The translations under genes were made by a program, and so were the position numbers. 64,000 nucleotides of DNA, from contig NZ_JBKEAA010000021.1 in assembly GCF_047971665.1 (NCBI RefSeq), positions 24,213-88,212 on the forward strand, in the 5' to 3' direction. Within the stretch, counting starts at the first letter, position 1; each line of letters opens with the position of its first letter. A model generated the notes under the pieces. That model had not been told where the DNA came from. It worked only from the letters and a program-made list of their open reading frames with translations, and searched no databases. Shown here in pieces: positions 49,672-63,000 of the stretch. Source of the DNA: Castellaniella sp. (GTDB taxonomy: Bacteria; Pseudomonadota; Gammaproteobacteria; Burkholderiales; Burkholderiaceae_B).

Positions 49672-49717
49672 GCAAACCGACCGCCGCACCTATGAACGGG
49701 CGAGGCGGCCGGTTTGC
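49672..49717. terminator. Hairpin between convergent TBDR and clpB
   Basis: GCAAACCGACCGCC pairs with GGCGGCCGGTTTGC (one mismatch); no clear U tract. Confidence 0.4.
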
Positions 49718-49755
49718 GCCGTCCGGCAAGCAATGGAACCGGACGAAACGGGCGT

Positions 49756-52347
<2,592 letters not shown>

Positions 52348-52396
52348 GGGTGGTTCCCCTGAAATGGGCGGGGGGCGTCTTGCCCCGATGTTCGCT

Positions 52397-52424
52397 ACAT
52401 GCGGGCTAAAAGCGGATTTTCAAG
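52397..52424 (-). promoter_or_regulatory. Sigma32 (RpoH) promoter of clpB
   Basis: CTTGAAA-N13-CCGCATGT on the minus strand. Confidence 0.8.
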
Positions 52425-52702
52425 CCGCTGTCAAGCCGACCCGGCGATCAGACGGTCGGGTCGGGCGGCCCGAGGCCGGCGCAGCGCCACGCGCGTCTCG
52501 CCGAGCGGAGGCCCTGGCCGTTGGACGACCATGCCCGGCTCTCCGGATATCCTGCGCCGGCCTGGACTTCATTGCGGAAAATCAAGAAACCGCCAGATAA
52601 CTCCGTCTCCGGGGAGACGATGCCCTCTCATGGGCGTACCCTTGAGTCCGACCTGTAACAGCCTGAAATCAGGCCGTTTTCGCATTGCCAGAAAGGAACA
52701 CC

Positions 52703-53857
52703 ATGAACGCACCTCAGGACTGGGACCCACGCGCACCCGAAGTCCTCGCCGACCCGATCGCCGCCTACGACAACATGCGCCAACGCTGCCCGGTCGCCCA
52801 CAGCGACTATCTGCATTATTCCGTCTTCCGCCACACCGACGTCACCCGGATCCTGCTGGACCACGAGACCTTCAGCAACAAGGCTTCGCGCCATGTCTCC
52901 GTGCCCAACAGCATGGATCCTCCCGAGCACAAGGCCTATCGCAAACTGATCGAGCCCTACTTCAGCCCGGACCGGATCGCGGCTTTCGAGCCGGTCTGTC
53001 ACCGGCTCTGTGCCGAACTGGTCGCCGCGCTGCCGCGCGAAGCCTGTGTCGAAATCATGTCCGGTCTGGCGAACCCTTTCGCGCTGCGCATGCAGTGCGC
53101 CTTCCTGGGCTGGCCCGACTGTCTGCACGAACCACTGCGGCAATGGATCGACAAAAAGAACGCCGCCACGCTCTCGGGCGAGCCCAAGGCGCTCGCCGCC
53201 GTGGCCACCGAATTCGACGCGACCATCCGCGCCCTGCTCAAAGTCCGCCGCGACGCAGGCGAACAGGCGCCCGACGACGCCACCACGCGGCTGTTGCGCG
53301 AGACTGTGAGCGGTCGGCCCCTGACCGAGGACGAAATCGTCAGTATCCTGCGCAACTGGGCTGTCGGCGAACTCGGCACCATGGCCTCGAGCATCGGCAT
53401 CATCGCGCACTACCTGGCCACCCACTCCGAACTGCAGGACCAATTGCGCCAGCAACCGGAACTGATCCGGCCAGCCAATGACGAGATCCTGCGCATCCAC
53501 GCGCCGCTCATCTCCAACCGCCGCGCCACCACCTGTCCGGTGCGACTGGGCGATGCGCAGATTCAGGCCGGCGAGCGGATCACGCTGATCTGGGCCTCAG
53601 CCAACCGCGATGAAGAGGTCTTCGGCGATCCCGACGAATTCCGCCTCGACCGTGATCCATCCCTGAACCTGCTCTACGGCGCGGGAATCCATGTCTGTCC
53701 GGGGGCGCCGCTGGCGCGACTCGAAATCGAAGCCATGATCCGCGCGCTGCTGAAGCACACGCGCACGCTGGCGCCGGTGGCCGACCAGCCCCCGATCCCG
53801 GCCATCTATCCCGCCAGCGGCTATCGGCAGGTCACGTTGCAATTACACAACGCTTGA
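52703..53857 (+). CDS. Cytochrome P450
   Basis: MDPPEH, EILR (ExxR), SANRDE..F.DP, YGAGIHVCPG heme Cys; AAAGGA RBS. Confidence 0.93.
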   Translation: MNAPQDWDPRAPEVLADPIAAYDNMRQRCPVAHSDYLHYSVFRHTDVTRILLDHETFSNKASRHVSVPNSMDPPEHKAYRKLIEPYFSPDRIAAFEPVCHRLCAELVAALPREACVEIMSGLANPFALRMQCAFLGWPDCLHEPLRQWIDKKNAATLSGEPKALAAVATEFDATIRALLKVRRDAGEQAPDDATTRLLRETVSGRPLTEDEIVSILRNWAVGELGTMASSIGIIAHYLATHSELQDQLRQQPELIRPANDEILRIHAPLISNRRATTCPVRLGDAQIQAGERITLIWASANRDEEVFGDPDEFRLDRDPSLNLLYGAGIHVCPGAPLARLEIEAMIRALLKHTRTLAPVADQPPIPAIYPASGYRQVTLQLHNA

Positions 53858-54007
53858 GGCGCTGAGCGCCCCGATCAGCGGGTTTCCGCGCCCGATGGGC
53901 GGCCTGTCCACGGGCCGACGCGCCCATTCTCTGTAGCAAGGTCTACAATTAAGTCATAAACAATCAGGGTCCATATTGCCCTGGCCTATCGGAGAGACCT
54001 GCCTGCC

Positions 54008-54850
54008 ATGTGTCAGTTATTGGGCATGAATTGCGCCACGCCCACGGACATCACGTTTTCCTTCACTGGATTTGCCGCCCGCGGCGGCGGGACTGACCAT
54101 CACGCAGACGGCTTCGGCATCGCCTTCTACGAAAATCGCGGCTCACGCTGCTTCCTGGACAATGCGCCCTGCTGCCGCTCCCCAGTCGCCGACCTGATCA
54201 AGCACTACCCGATCAAGTCCCGCAACGTCATCGCACACATTCGCAAGGCCACCCAGGGCTCGCTGGAACTGGAAAACTGCCATCCCTTCATGCGCGAGCT
54301 GTGGGGGCGGCACTGGCTGTTCGCCCACAATGGCGACCTGAAGGATTTCGATCCCGATCTGCGCGGCACCCATATGCCGATCGGCCAGACCGACAGCGAA
54401 CGGGCCTTCTGCACCATGATGGACGGGTTGCGCGAGCGCTTCGTCGCCCACGAGCCGGAAGACACGGAATTATTCGCTGCCGTGGCCGAGATGACGGCCG
54501 AGCTCACCTGCTACGGGGTGTTCAATTTCCTGCTGTCCAATGGGCGCTGCATGCTGGCGCATTGCTCCACGCACCTGTACTATATCGTCCGCGCCTGGCC
54601 CTTCCAGGTGGCGCACCTGGTCGATACCGACATGTCTGTCGATTTTTCCCGGACCAACGCCCGCGCCGACTGCGTCTCGGTCATCACGACCAAGCCCTTG
54701 ACGGACAACGAGACCTGGACCGTGTTCAACCCGGGCGAACTGGTGATGTTCGTCGATGGCCGGCCTCAAGCCAGCCAGATCATCGAGATCCCTGAAGACG
54801 TCCAGCGCCGCAACCTGGCCAATCGGGCCTGTGCCGACGCGGCGGCATGA
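54008..54850 (+). CDS. Class II glutamine amidotransferase (YafJ-like)
   Basis: N-terminal MCQLLG, DGFG, AHIRKAT, NCHPF, AHNG, TDSE. Confidence 0.92.
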   Translation: MCQLLGMNCATPTDITFSFTGFAARGGGTDHHADGFGIAFYENRGSRCFLDNAPCCRSPVADLIKHYPIKSRNVIAHIRKATQGSLELENCHPFMRELWGRHWLFAHNGDLKDFDPDLRGTHMPIGQTDSERAFCTMMDGLRERFVAHEPEDTELFAAVAEMTAELTCYGVFNFLLSNGRCMLAHCSTHLYYIVRAWPFQVAHLVDTDMSVDFSRTNARADCVSVITTKPLTDNETWTVFNPGELVMFVDGRPQASQIIEIPEDVQRRNLANRACADAAA

Positions 54851-55077
54851 ACAGGGCGGACCTGCCCCCCATGAGAGAGATGAACGCTTTTCGTGACCCT
54901 CTGGACGATCCCCGGCCCGAGGAGCCCGTCGAGCCTGATCTCAACGAATGCTGCGGCAACGGCTGCGAGCCCTGCGTGTTCGACACCTACGCCGAAGAAA
55001 GGCGGGTCTGGCAGCAGGCCGTGAAAGCATGGGAAGCACGGCATCCGGACCAGGCCGACACAGAGCAGTCCTCCTGA
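54847..55077 (+). CDS. Oxidoreductase-like domain small Cys protein
   Basis: P..P.EP...ECCGNGCEPCVFD.Y; start could also be 54871 or 54880. Confidence 0.82.
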   Translation: MNRADLPPMREMNAFRDPLDDPRPEEPVEPDLNECCGNGCEPCVFDTYAEERRVWQQAVKAWEARHPDQADTEQSS

Positions 55078-55245
55078 ATCAGGCTCCACGGATCAAGCCC
55101 GAGGACGCGAAACACCCCTCTCCCGGCGCAATGCCGCAGCGCGCAGCGGCCGGACAACCTTGCTGGGCATAGGGTTCCCGGCGGTTTTCCCGCACGGCGT
55201 TTCTATAATTCAAAGCTCGATCCACCTCTCCAGGAATGACGTACC

Positions 55246-55506
55246 GTGGCTTCCGACGCTATCCCCATGTTCGCTGAAAACACCTACCCCCTCGATGCGC
55301 GCGGCATCGCCAAACGCTTCCGACACGCGGCCATCTTCGGCGCGTTGTCAGCGCTGCAACCGGGGGAGACCATGCGCTTCTGTAATGATCATGATCCCCT
55401 GCCGCTGCTGCAGCAACTGAAAAATCATTTCGGTGAAAATATCCAGTTCGAATATCTGGCCCGCAATCCTGGCGAAATCGTCATCGACTTTCACATCGTG
55501 CCCTGA
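55246..55506 (+). CDS. DUF2249 domain protein
   Basis: LDAR....RH..IF..L..LxPGE...NDHDP.PL. Confidence 0.85.
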   Translation: MASDAIPMFAENTYPLDARGIAKRFRHAAIFGALSALQPGETMRFCNDHDPLPLLQQLKNHFGENIQFEYLARNPGEIVIDFHIVP

Positions 55507-55595
55507 TCGCGTCAGGCGCAAGCGCCTGTCAGAAACCGCTCACTGGGCGCCTTCCGGCAAGAAGTGAGCGCCCTCTGAAAAAAACCAAGCGGATC

Positions 55596-55647
55596 AAAAA
55601 AACACCCCAAGGGTTGGATCGATGTCCAACCCTTGGGGTGCAGTTCA
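55596..55647 (-). mobile_element. Isolated IS3-family (IS150-like) terminal inverted repeat remnant forming a terminator hairpin
   Basis: Minus strand reads TGAACTGCACCCCAAGGGTTGGACA-TCGA-TCCAACCCTTGGGGTG-TTTTTTT; 16-bp perfect stem; no transposase nearby. Confidence 0.6.
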
Positions 55648-55681
55648 TCCCGGGGTGGCTTTTATTGTAGAGGGCCCGTGC

Positions 55682-56362
55682 TCACTGTGGAGGCAGTCCC
55701 AGCGGGATCTGGCTCAGGTCCGGCGACGGTGGCGCCGGCATGTCCAGAGTGCCAGGCGCGGGCGGGGTGGTTTTCAGCAGCTCCACACGGAACTGATCAC
55801 CGTAGGCAAGCAGGCCGGCGTCGCGTTCATGCAGCGCATCGACCACCTGCTGCACTGCAGCCTGGGGTTGGCCGGCGGCGGCCTGGAACAGGAGCGCCAG
55901 CTGGCCCAGGATCTCGGTCAGGTCCTGCACCTCGGGCTGCGTCCCCAGAACCGCCCGCCCCGTGTGCTCACGCCCCTGCTCATCTCGATAGGCGGCCTCA
56001 TAGACCTGACCCGGAAAACCGGCGACCGTCTCTTTAGGGCCGACCGGTTCGAGCCGGATCAGTGAGCCGATCATGTCCGGAGACCCTTGAGCTTTCGCGC
56101 GTCGGCTCATCATCCGGGTCAGCATGGCGCCATCCATGACCAGTGGCTGACCGGCAACCTGCATGACCATATACAAGCGGCCGCCGCGCATCAGCAGATA
56201 GCCCGGGGATGTGCCGGGCATGTCGACGCGCGCGTCCTGCCCGACAAAGGACACCGTCACGGTCTGTCCGCCGATCTTGACGGTCGCGACCCCCGCCGCC
56301 AGGGCGTCCACCTGGACGGCCCAGCCCAACACCAGTAGCACGCATGCGAACCACCGCTTCAT
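55682..56362 (-). CDS. Secreted hypothetical protein (DUF4412-like)
   Basis: Signal peptide ALA|A; G.KETVAG..G.VY motif; GAGAGG RBS. Confidence 0.7.
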   Translation of the reverse strand: MKRWFACVLLVLGWAVQVDALAAGVATVKIGGQTVTVSFVGQDARVDMPGTSPGYLLMRGGRLYMVMQVAGQPLVMDGAMLTRMMSRRAKAQGSPDMIGSLIRLEPVGPKETVAGFPGQVYEAAYRDEQGREHTGRAVLGTQPEVQDLTEILGQLALLFQAAAGQPQAAVQQVVDALHERDAGLLAYGDQFRVELLKTTPPAPGTLDMPAPPSPDLSQIPLGLPPQ

Positions 56363-56498
56363 GATTTCACCTCTCATGGATCCGAAGAATGGAGGACACG
56401 ATAGCGGCTTTGCCCGGCATCGAACAGGAGGTGACGCTGCGCAAGTGTGTCAGAACATTGCCCGCCTCGCTCACAGAGTTGTCCCACCATGGCCATCC

Positions 56499-56512
56499 TT
56501 GACCCCCATCAA
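56499..56512 (+). promoter_or_regulatory. FNR/ANR box upstream of nrdD
   Basis: TTGAC-CCCC-ATCAA versus consensus TTGAT-N4-ATCAA. Confidence 0.8.
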
Positions 56513-56545
56513 GCCTGATGAAAAAAAATGAAGATTTGCTTGATG

Positions 56546-56592
56546 GTACTATATATTGTGTTTACGATTTAAAAACACACAATATATAGAGG
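56546..56592 (+). promoter_or_regulatory. Tandem NrdR boxes
   Basis: GTACTATATATTGTGT (56546-61) and ACACAATATATAGAGG (56577-92), 31 bp apart. Confidence 0.88.
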
Positions 56593-56600
56593 TAACGAGG

Positions 56601-58385
56601 ATGTCCTTCTCTCAGCATCAAACCCCGTCAGGCTCTCCGACCGAGCGCCCCGTCCCCAACGTGGACGTGATCCGCTCCATCGACGAATACCTGCGACAGC
56701 AGGACTGGCGCGTCAATGCCAACGCCAATCAGGGGTACTCGCTGGGCGGTCTGATCCTGAACACCTCGGGCAAGATGATTGCCAATTACTGGCTCAGCCA
56801 CGTCTATCCGGAAACCATCGGCCAGGCGCATCGTCAGGGCGACCTCCACATTCACGACCTGGACATGCTGTCGGGCTACTGCGCCGGCTGGTCGCTGCGC
56901 ACCCTGCTCGAGGAAGGACTGAACGGCGTGCCCGGCAAGATCGAATCCGCGCCGCCGCGCCATATGTCCAGCGCGGTCGGCCAGATCGTCAATTTCCTGG
57001 GCACGCTGCAGAACGAATGGGCCGGCGCCCAGGCATTCAGCTCTTTCGACACCTACATGGCGCCCTTCATCCGCAAGGACGACATGTCTTATGCCGAGGT
57101 GCGCCAGTACATCCAGGAACTGATCTTCAACCTCAACGTGCCGTCGCGCTGGGGCACGCAGACCCCCTTCACCAATCTGACCTTCGACTGGGTCTGCCCA
57201 GAGGATCTGCGCAGTCAGACCCCGCGGATCGGCGGCCAGGCCATGGCCTTCACCTACGGTGAGCTGCAGGCCGAGATGGACATGATCAACCGCGCCTATA
57301 TCGAGGTCATGATGGCGGGCGACGCGCGCGGTCGCGCCTTCACCTTTCCCATCCCGACCTACAACATCACTCCCGATTTCGACTGGCACAGCCCCAACGC
57401 CGAACGGCTGTTCGAGATGACCGCCAGGTACGGACTGCCCTACTTCCAGAATTTCATCAATTCGGAACTCAAGCCGAACATGATCCGCTCCATGTGCTGC
57501 CGCCTGCAACTGGATCTGCGCGAACTGCTCAAACGCGGCAACGGGCTGTTCGGCTCGGCCGAGCAGACCGGGTCCCTGGGAGTCGTGACGATCAATTGCG
57601 CGCGTCTGGGCTATCTGTACGCCGGTGACGAGGCGGGTCTGTTCGCCCGCCTGGACGCGCTGCTGGACCTGGGCCGCGACAGCCTGGAGATCAAGCGCCG
57701 CGTGATCCAGGAGCACATGGACAACGGTCTGTTCCCCTACACGCGCCGCTACCTGGGCACCCTGGGCAATCACTTCTCCACGCTGGGGGTCAACGGCATC
57801 AACGAAATGATCCGCAATTTCACCGCAGACGAACACGACCTGACCAGCCCCTGGGGTCATGCCTGCGCGGTCCGCCTGCTGGACCACGTGCGCGCCCGCA
57901 TGATCGAATTCCAGGAGGCCACCGGTCATCTGTACAACCTGGAGGCCACGCCCGCCGAGGGCACGACCTACCGCTTCGCCAAAGAAGACCGCGCCCGCTG
58001 GCCGGACATCCTGCAGGCCGGGACGGACGACATGCCCTACTACACCAACTCGTCCCAGCTGCCGGTGGGCTTCACGGACGATCCCTTCGAAGCCCTGGAA
58101 CGCCAGGACGAGCTCCAGCGCAAGTACACCGGCGGCACCGTGCTGCACCTGTACATGACCGAACCGCTGTCCTCGACCGACGCCTGCCGCGAACTGGTAC
58201 GGCGCACCCTCGGGCGTTTTTCCCTGCCCTACATCACGATCACGCCCACCTTCTCCATCTGCCCGAAACACGGCTACCTGCCGGGCCGGCACGACTTCTG
58301 CCCGCACTGCGACGACGAACTCATCGCCCGCAAGCGGCAAGCGGCGGCACAGACAGACGCCCCTGCGCAACAAGCCGCCGCCTGA
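56601..58385 (+). CDS. nrdD: Class III anaerobic ribonucleoside-triphosphate reductase, catalytic subunit lacking the Gly-radical loop
   Basis: HIHDL, GYCAG, FTFPIPT, SMCCRL, EATPAE, YTGGTVLH, CxxH..CxxC; no RVxGY motif. Confidence 0.93.
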   Translation: MSFSQHQTPSGSPTERPVPNVDVIRSIDEYLRQQDWRVNANANQGYSLGGLILNTSGKMIANYWLSHVYPETIGQAHRQGDLHIHDLDMLSGYCAGWSLRTLLEEGLNGVPGKIESAPPRHMSSAVGQIVNFLGTLQNEWAGAQAFSSFDTYMAPFIRKDDMSYAEVRQYIQELIFNLNVPSRWGTQTPFTNLTFDWVCPEDLRSQTPRIGGQAMAFTYGELQAEMDMINRAYIEVMMAGDARGRAFTFPIPTYNITPDFDWHSPNAERLFEMTARYGLPYFQNFINSELKPNMIRSMCCRLQLDLRELLKRGNGLFGSAEQTGSLGVVTINCARLGYLYAGDEAGLFARLDALLDLGRDSLEIKRRVIQEHMDNGLFPYTRRYLGTLGNHFSTLGVNGINEMIRNFTADEHDLTSPWGHACAVRLLDHVRARMIEFQEATGHLYNLEATPAEGTTYRFAKEDRARWPDILQAGTDDMPYYTNSSQLPVGFTDDPFEALERQDELQRKYTGGTVLHLYMTEPLSSTDACRELVRRTLGRFSLPYITITPTFSICPKHGYLPGRHDFCPHCDDELIARKRQAAAQTDAPAQQAAA

Positions 58386-58480
58386 CCGGACGCCCCGCGA
58401 CGCCGTGCCCGCTTTCCCATCCGGCCTTGCGATCCGCCGTTCTCATCCGTTTTTACACCCACGTTCAAAAGGAGCATTTC

Positions 58481-58663
58481 ATGCAATCGACCCCCATCAC
58501 CCTGGACAACGCCGAACGCCAACCCTGCGAAATCTGGACCCGCGTCATGGGCTATCACCGGCCCATGTCGTCCTTCAACATCGGCAAGAAAGGCGAATTC
58601 CACGAGCGCCGCTTCTTCGTTGAACGACACGCCGGACAGGCGCCCGCCCGCCAGCCGGCCTGA
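58481..58663 (+). CDS. Autonomous glycyl-radical domain of class III RNR (60 aa)
   Basis: CEIWTRVMGYHRP...FNxGKxxEFxER; AAGGAG RBS. Confidence 0.9.
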   Translation: MQSTPITLDNAERQPCEIWTRVMGYHRPMSSFNIGKKGEFHERRFFVERHAGQAPARQPA

Positions 58664-58705
58664 TCCTCTCACATGGCTCCTTCCGTCGGGCGGGAGCCTT
58701 TCGAC

Positions 58706-59476
58706 ATGCACACAACGCTGACATCTCCCTCATCCACCCCTCTCGTGCGCATCCGGCCTGGTCGCGCGTCCAGCGCCCGCCTGAAAACCGGTGGGCTGGT
58801 GCCGTTCACCGCCACGGACTATCCCGGGCTGCTGGCGGCCGTCGTCTTCGTGCAAGGCTGCCCCTGGCGCTGCGGCTATTGCCATAATCTGCACCTGCAG
58901 CCGCGCACGGCCGACAGCCCGCTGGACTGGAACGACGTCCTGGCGTTTCTGACCCGCCGGGTCGGCCTGATTGACGGCGTGGTCTTCAGCGGCGGCGAAC
59001 CCACCATGGACCCGGGACTTGGCGACGCCATCCGGAAGGTCCGCGCGCTGGGCTACCGCATCGGCCTGCACACCGGCGGCACCCACCCGCGCCGCCTGGC
59101 GCAGGTGCTGCCCGACATCGACTGGGTGGGGCTCGACATCAAGGCCGCATTCCAGGACTATGCCCGCGTCACGCAGGTGGCCGGCAGCGGCGAGCCCGCG
59201 CGCGCCAGCTTGCAGGCCGTGCTGGACAGCGGAGTCGATTTCGAATGCCGCACCACCGCCCACCCCGACCTGATCGATGCCGAAGGTCTGCTGTCGCTGG
59301 GCCGCACGCTGGCCGGCCTGGGCGTCCGGCACTACGCGGTGCAGGTATTCCGCCCGCAGGGCTGCGAGGACGCGGTCCTGAACGCGCACGGCCAGTCGCT
59401 GCGGAACTGGCCGGGCTCGGCCGTGCGCGACACGCTGACGTCCCTGTTCGATTCATTCGAATTGCGGCATGGTTGA
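58706..59476 (+). CDS. nrdG: Anaerobic RNR activating radical SAM enzyme
   Basis: [36 protein letters not shown]. Confidence 0.92.
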   Translation: MHTTLTSPSSTPLVRIRPGRASSARLKTGGLVPFTATDYPGLLAAVVFVQGCPWRCGYCHNLHLQPRTADSPLDWNDVLAFLTRRVGLIDGVVFSGGEPTMDPGLGDAIRKVRALGYRIGLHTGGTHPRRLAQVLPDIDWVGLDIKAAFQDYARVTQVAGSGEPARASLQAVLDSGVDFECRTTAHPDLIDAEGLLSLGRTLAGLGVRHYAVQVFRPQGCEDAVLNAHGQSLRNWPGSAVRDTLTSLFDSFELRHG

Positions 59477-59485
59477 CGACGGACA

Positions 59486-60079
59486 TCAGCCCTGCATGGC
59501 ATCCAGCAGCAGGCGCACGGTGTAATCGGCAAAACTGCGCCGCACGATCAGCTCCCAGTCCTCGCCGCGCTCGTCCAGCGGACGCAGCAGCACGCCGGCC
59601 TTGAAAAAATGGGACTGGGCGCACTGGCCAGGCGTCAGGACGCGCGGATGCAAGTCGAGCGGACATCCCGCGTTCAACACGTCACGCGCCCCCGGTCCAT
59701 GCAGCCGCACCACCGCATAACCGCTGCTCTGATCCGTCACGGCAAACCAATGCCCCGCCAGCGCCCGACCGATACGCCCGGCCAGATCGACCGCAGCCTC
59801 GGCCTGCGTCTGCAGCAACCATTCGTCTGGGCCCAGCCACAGCGCCAGCACATCCCGCTCCTGCGCCACGGTATTGGGGATGACCGGCAGTTCCAGCCCC
59901 AGGTCCGCGCGCAAGGCGTTCTGGATCGCCCCATGACCGGGATCGGCGCGCAGGTTCACCAGGCCGATCAGGGGCTGCTCGCTCAGGAGGACATGCGCCG
60001 GCGTGCCCTGCCGCAACGGCGCATCAGCGTCCGTGCGCAGGCCCGCCAGCGGTGTCTGCGGCTTGATTTCAATCGACAT
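59486..60079 (-). CDS. soxG: Sarcosine oxidase gamma subunit
   Basis: WLGPDEWL, CPLDL, VRRSFADY. Confidence 0.93.
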   Translation of the reverse strand: MSIEIKPQTPLAGLRTDADAPLRQGTPAHVLLSEQPLIGLVNLRADPGHGAIQNALRADLGLELPVIPNTVAQERDVLALWLGPDEWLLQTQAEAAVDLAGRIGRALAGHWFAVTDQSSGYAVVRLHGPGARDVLNAGCPLDLHPRVLTPGQCAQSHFFKAGVLLRPLDERGEDWELIVRRSFADYTVRLLLDAMQG

Positions 60080-63000
60080 GCTGACGGGCTCCCTCGGGAT
60101 CATAGAAGACCGGACTGCAGACGCGCGCCGGCATGAATTGTCCATCGGCCGTGGCGACGGTGACCGGCTGGCCCATCCGCGTCCGGCCGTCCTTGAGCAA
60201 GGCCAGCGCGATCGAACGGCCCAGGACCGGACTCATGTAGCTCGACGTCACATGGCCGAACATGGGGACGATCGCGTCCTGCGCAGGCCCTTGCAGGATC
60301 TGACCGCCTTCGGGCAGGACGCAGGCCGGGTCGTCGGCCAGCAGGCCGACGAACTGCTTGCGGCCAGCCCCCTGGGTATGACTGCGCATGAGCGAGCGCT
60401 TGCCCAGGCAGTCCTTGTGCCTGGCAATCATGCCGTCCAGGCCCAGATCCACCGGGCTGACCGAACCGTCCGTATCCTGACCCACGATGAGGTAGCCTTT
60501 TTCGCCGCGCAGGACATGCATGGCCTCGGTCCCGTACGGCGTGATTCCACAGGGTCCACCCGCCTGCATCAGCCGTTCTGCGACAGGGCGGCCCATGTTG
60601 GCCGGCATGTAGATCTCGTAGGACAGTTCGCCCGAAAAACTGACCCGCAGCACGCGGACGGGCACCCCGTCGATTGTGCCTTCTCTGAAGCTCATGAAGG
60701 GAAAGGCCGCCTGATCGAAATCGATGTCCTGGCACACGGCGCTTAACACCTTGCGTGCCTGCGGGCCCGCCACGGTAGTGACCGCGTACTGGTCGGTCAC
60801 CGACGTCAGATAGACCCGCAGGTCCGGCCATTCCGTCTGCAGCCAGCGCTCCATCCAGCTCATGACGCGCGCCGCGCCACCGGTGGTGGTGGTCAGCAGA
60901 AACTGATCCTCGGCCAGCCGGATGCCGACACCGTCGTCCATGACCATGCCGTTCTCGTCGAGCATCACGCCATAGCGGCAGCGGCCAGGCGCCAGCCCGG
61001 TCCAGGCATTGATATACAGGCGGTTGAGGAATTCCGCCGCGTCGGGACCGCGCACATCGATCTTGCCAAGTGTGCTGTAGTCCAGCAGGCCGACCGCGTG
61101 ACGCACGGCCAGGCATTCGCGCCGCACGGCGGCGTCGATATCCTCGCCCGGCCGCGGGTAGTAATGGGCCCGTTTCCAGTGGCCAGCGTCCTCGAACACG
61201 GCGCCCTGCTCGACATGCCAGTCGTGCAGGCAGGTCTTGCGGATCGGATCGAAATAATCCCCCAGTTCGCGTCCGGCGATGGCGCCGAAACTGACCGGAG
61301 TGTAGTTGGGGCGGAAGGTGGTAGTGCCGGTCTCGGAGAGGCGCCGGCCGAGCGCCTCGGCCAGCACCGCCATGCCGTTGATGTTGCCCAGTTTGCCCTG
61401 ATCGGTGCCGAACCCCATCGAGGTGTAGCGCTTGACATGCTCGACCGAACGGTAGCCCTCGCGCACCGCCAGGAGGATGTCGGATACCGCGACATCATTC
61501 TGGTAGTCGATGAATTGCTTGGGACCGTGGCCGGCCCGCCGGCCCTGCCGGCCCTTGGCAACCGACCACAGCGGCATCAGGGGCGCCGTCAGGACGGGAC
61601 GCGCGGTCCAGACCGGCGGCGCATCGACCGGACGGGCCGACGGCAACCCGGCGACCGCATTCAGGCCGGCCCGCACACCGCCCTCGAGCGCCGCCTGCAA
61701 ATCGAAATCCCCCTGGGCGGCCCCCGCGCTGCTTTGCGGCTGGACCGGTGCATCGGGCACGAAGCAGGCGCGCGCGTCGCACCAGCGCGGCCTGCCGCGC
61801 GACTGCGCATACAGATGGATCACCGGATTCCAGCCGCCGGACATCGCCAACAGGTCGCACGCCAGCGTATCCGTATCGTTGATCAGGCGCGCGCCCAGGC
61901 CACGCAGGCGTACGCAGGCCACATGCCTGTCACCACGCGCCTCGGCAACCACAGCCTGATAGATCACGGGAATCCCCAGCCGGATCGCCTCGCCCGGCAG
62001 CGTGCCATCGCTCATCACCCTTGGATCGACGACGGTGACCTGGGCGCCATGGTGTTTGAGGTCGATGGCGCACTGGTAGGCGCTGTCATTGTTGGTGAAC
62101 ACGACCGCGTGGCGGCCGGGCAGGACGCCGTAGCGATGAATATAGGTGGACACGGCGCCGGCCAGCATGACGCCAGGCACGTCGTTGTGCCCGAAAGCCA
62201 GCGGGCGCTCGTGAGCGCCAGTGGCCAGCACGACGTGACGCGCGCGGATTTTCCAGACCCGTTCACGCGTTCCCGTGCGTTGACCGATGGGCAAATGGTC
62301 ATGCAGTCGCTCGCAGGCCGTGACCAGATTGTGATCCTGGTAACCGAAGGCTGTCGTGCGCAACAGCACCCGCGCCTCCGGATGCGCGGACAGTTCGGTC
62401 ATCCGTTGCGCCACCCAGGCAAGCGCGGGTTCCGCGTCGATGGTCTCATCGGCGCTCAGCAGGCGGCCACCGGCTTCGCTGTCACCGTCCACGAGGAGGA
62501 CGCGCGCCCCGGCGCGCGCGGCCACGCAAGCGGCGGCCAGACCCGCCGGCCCCGCCCCCACGACCAGCACATCGCAATGCGCGTAGCGTTTTTCGTAACG
62601 GCTGGGGTCGGGCGACTCAGGAACCGATCCCAGGCCGGCGGCCGCGCGGATCCGCGCCTCGTACCGGCCCCACCAGCGGCGCGGCCACATGAAGGTCTTG
62701 TAGTAGAAACCTGCGGGAATGAAACGCGCGATGTGCCGCATGAGGGCCATGCGGTCACGCTCGAGGCTGGGGCTGGCGTTCACACTGGTGGCGCGCAGGC
62801 CCTCGTAGAGCTCGACCTCGGTGGCCCGGGCGTTGGGCACGGTGTAGGGGCCGCTTTCGAGCTGCACCAGGGCGTTGGGCTCCTCGACGCCGGCCGTCAT
62901 GATGCCGCGCGGCCGGTGATACTTGAAACTGCGCGCCACGAAATGCACGCCATGCGCCAGCAGGGCCGAGGCCAGGGTATCCCCCTCGAAGCCGGTGTAC

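Noticed and set aside
58300..58500. nrdD as a frameshifted pseudogene
   Set aside because: The downstream fragment has its own strong RBS and ATG after a 95-nt spacer, and the regulatory sites and nrdG are intact
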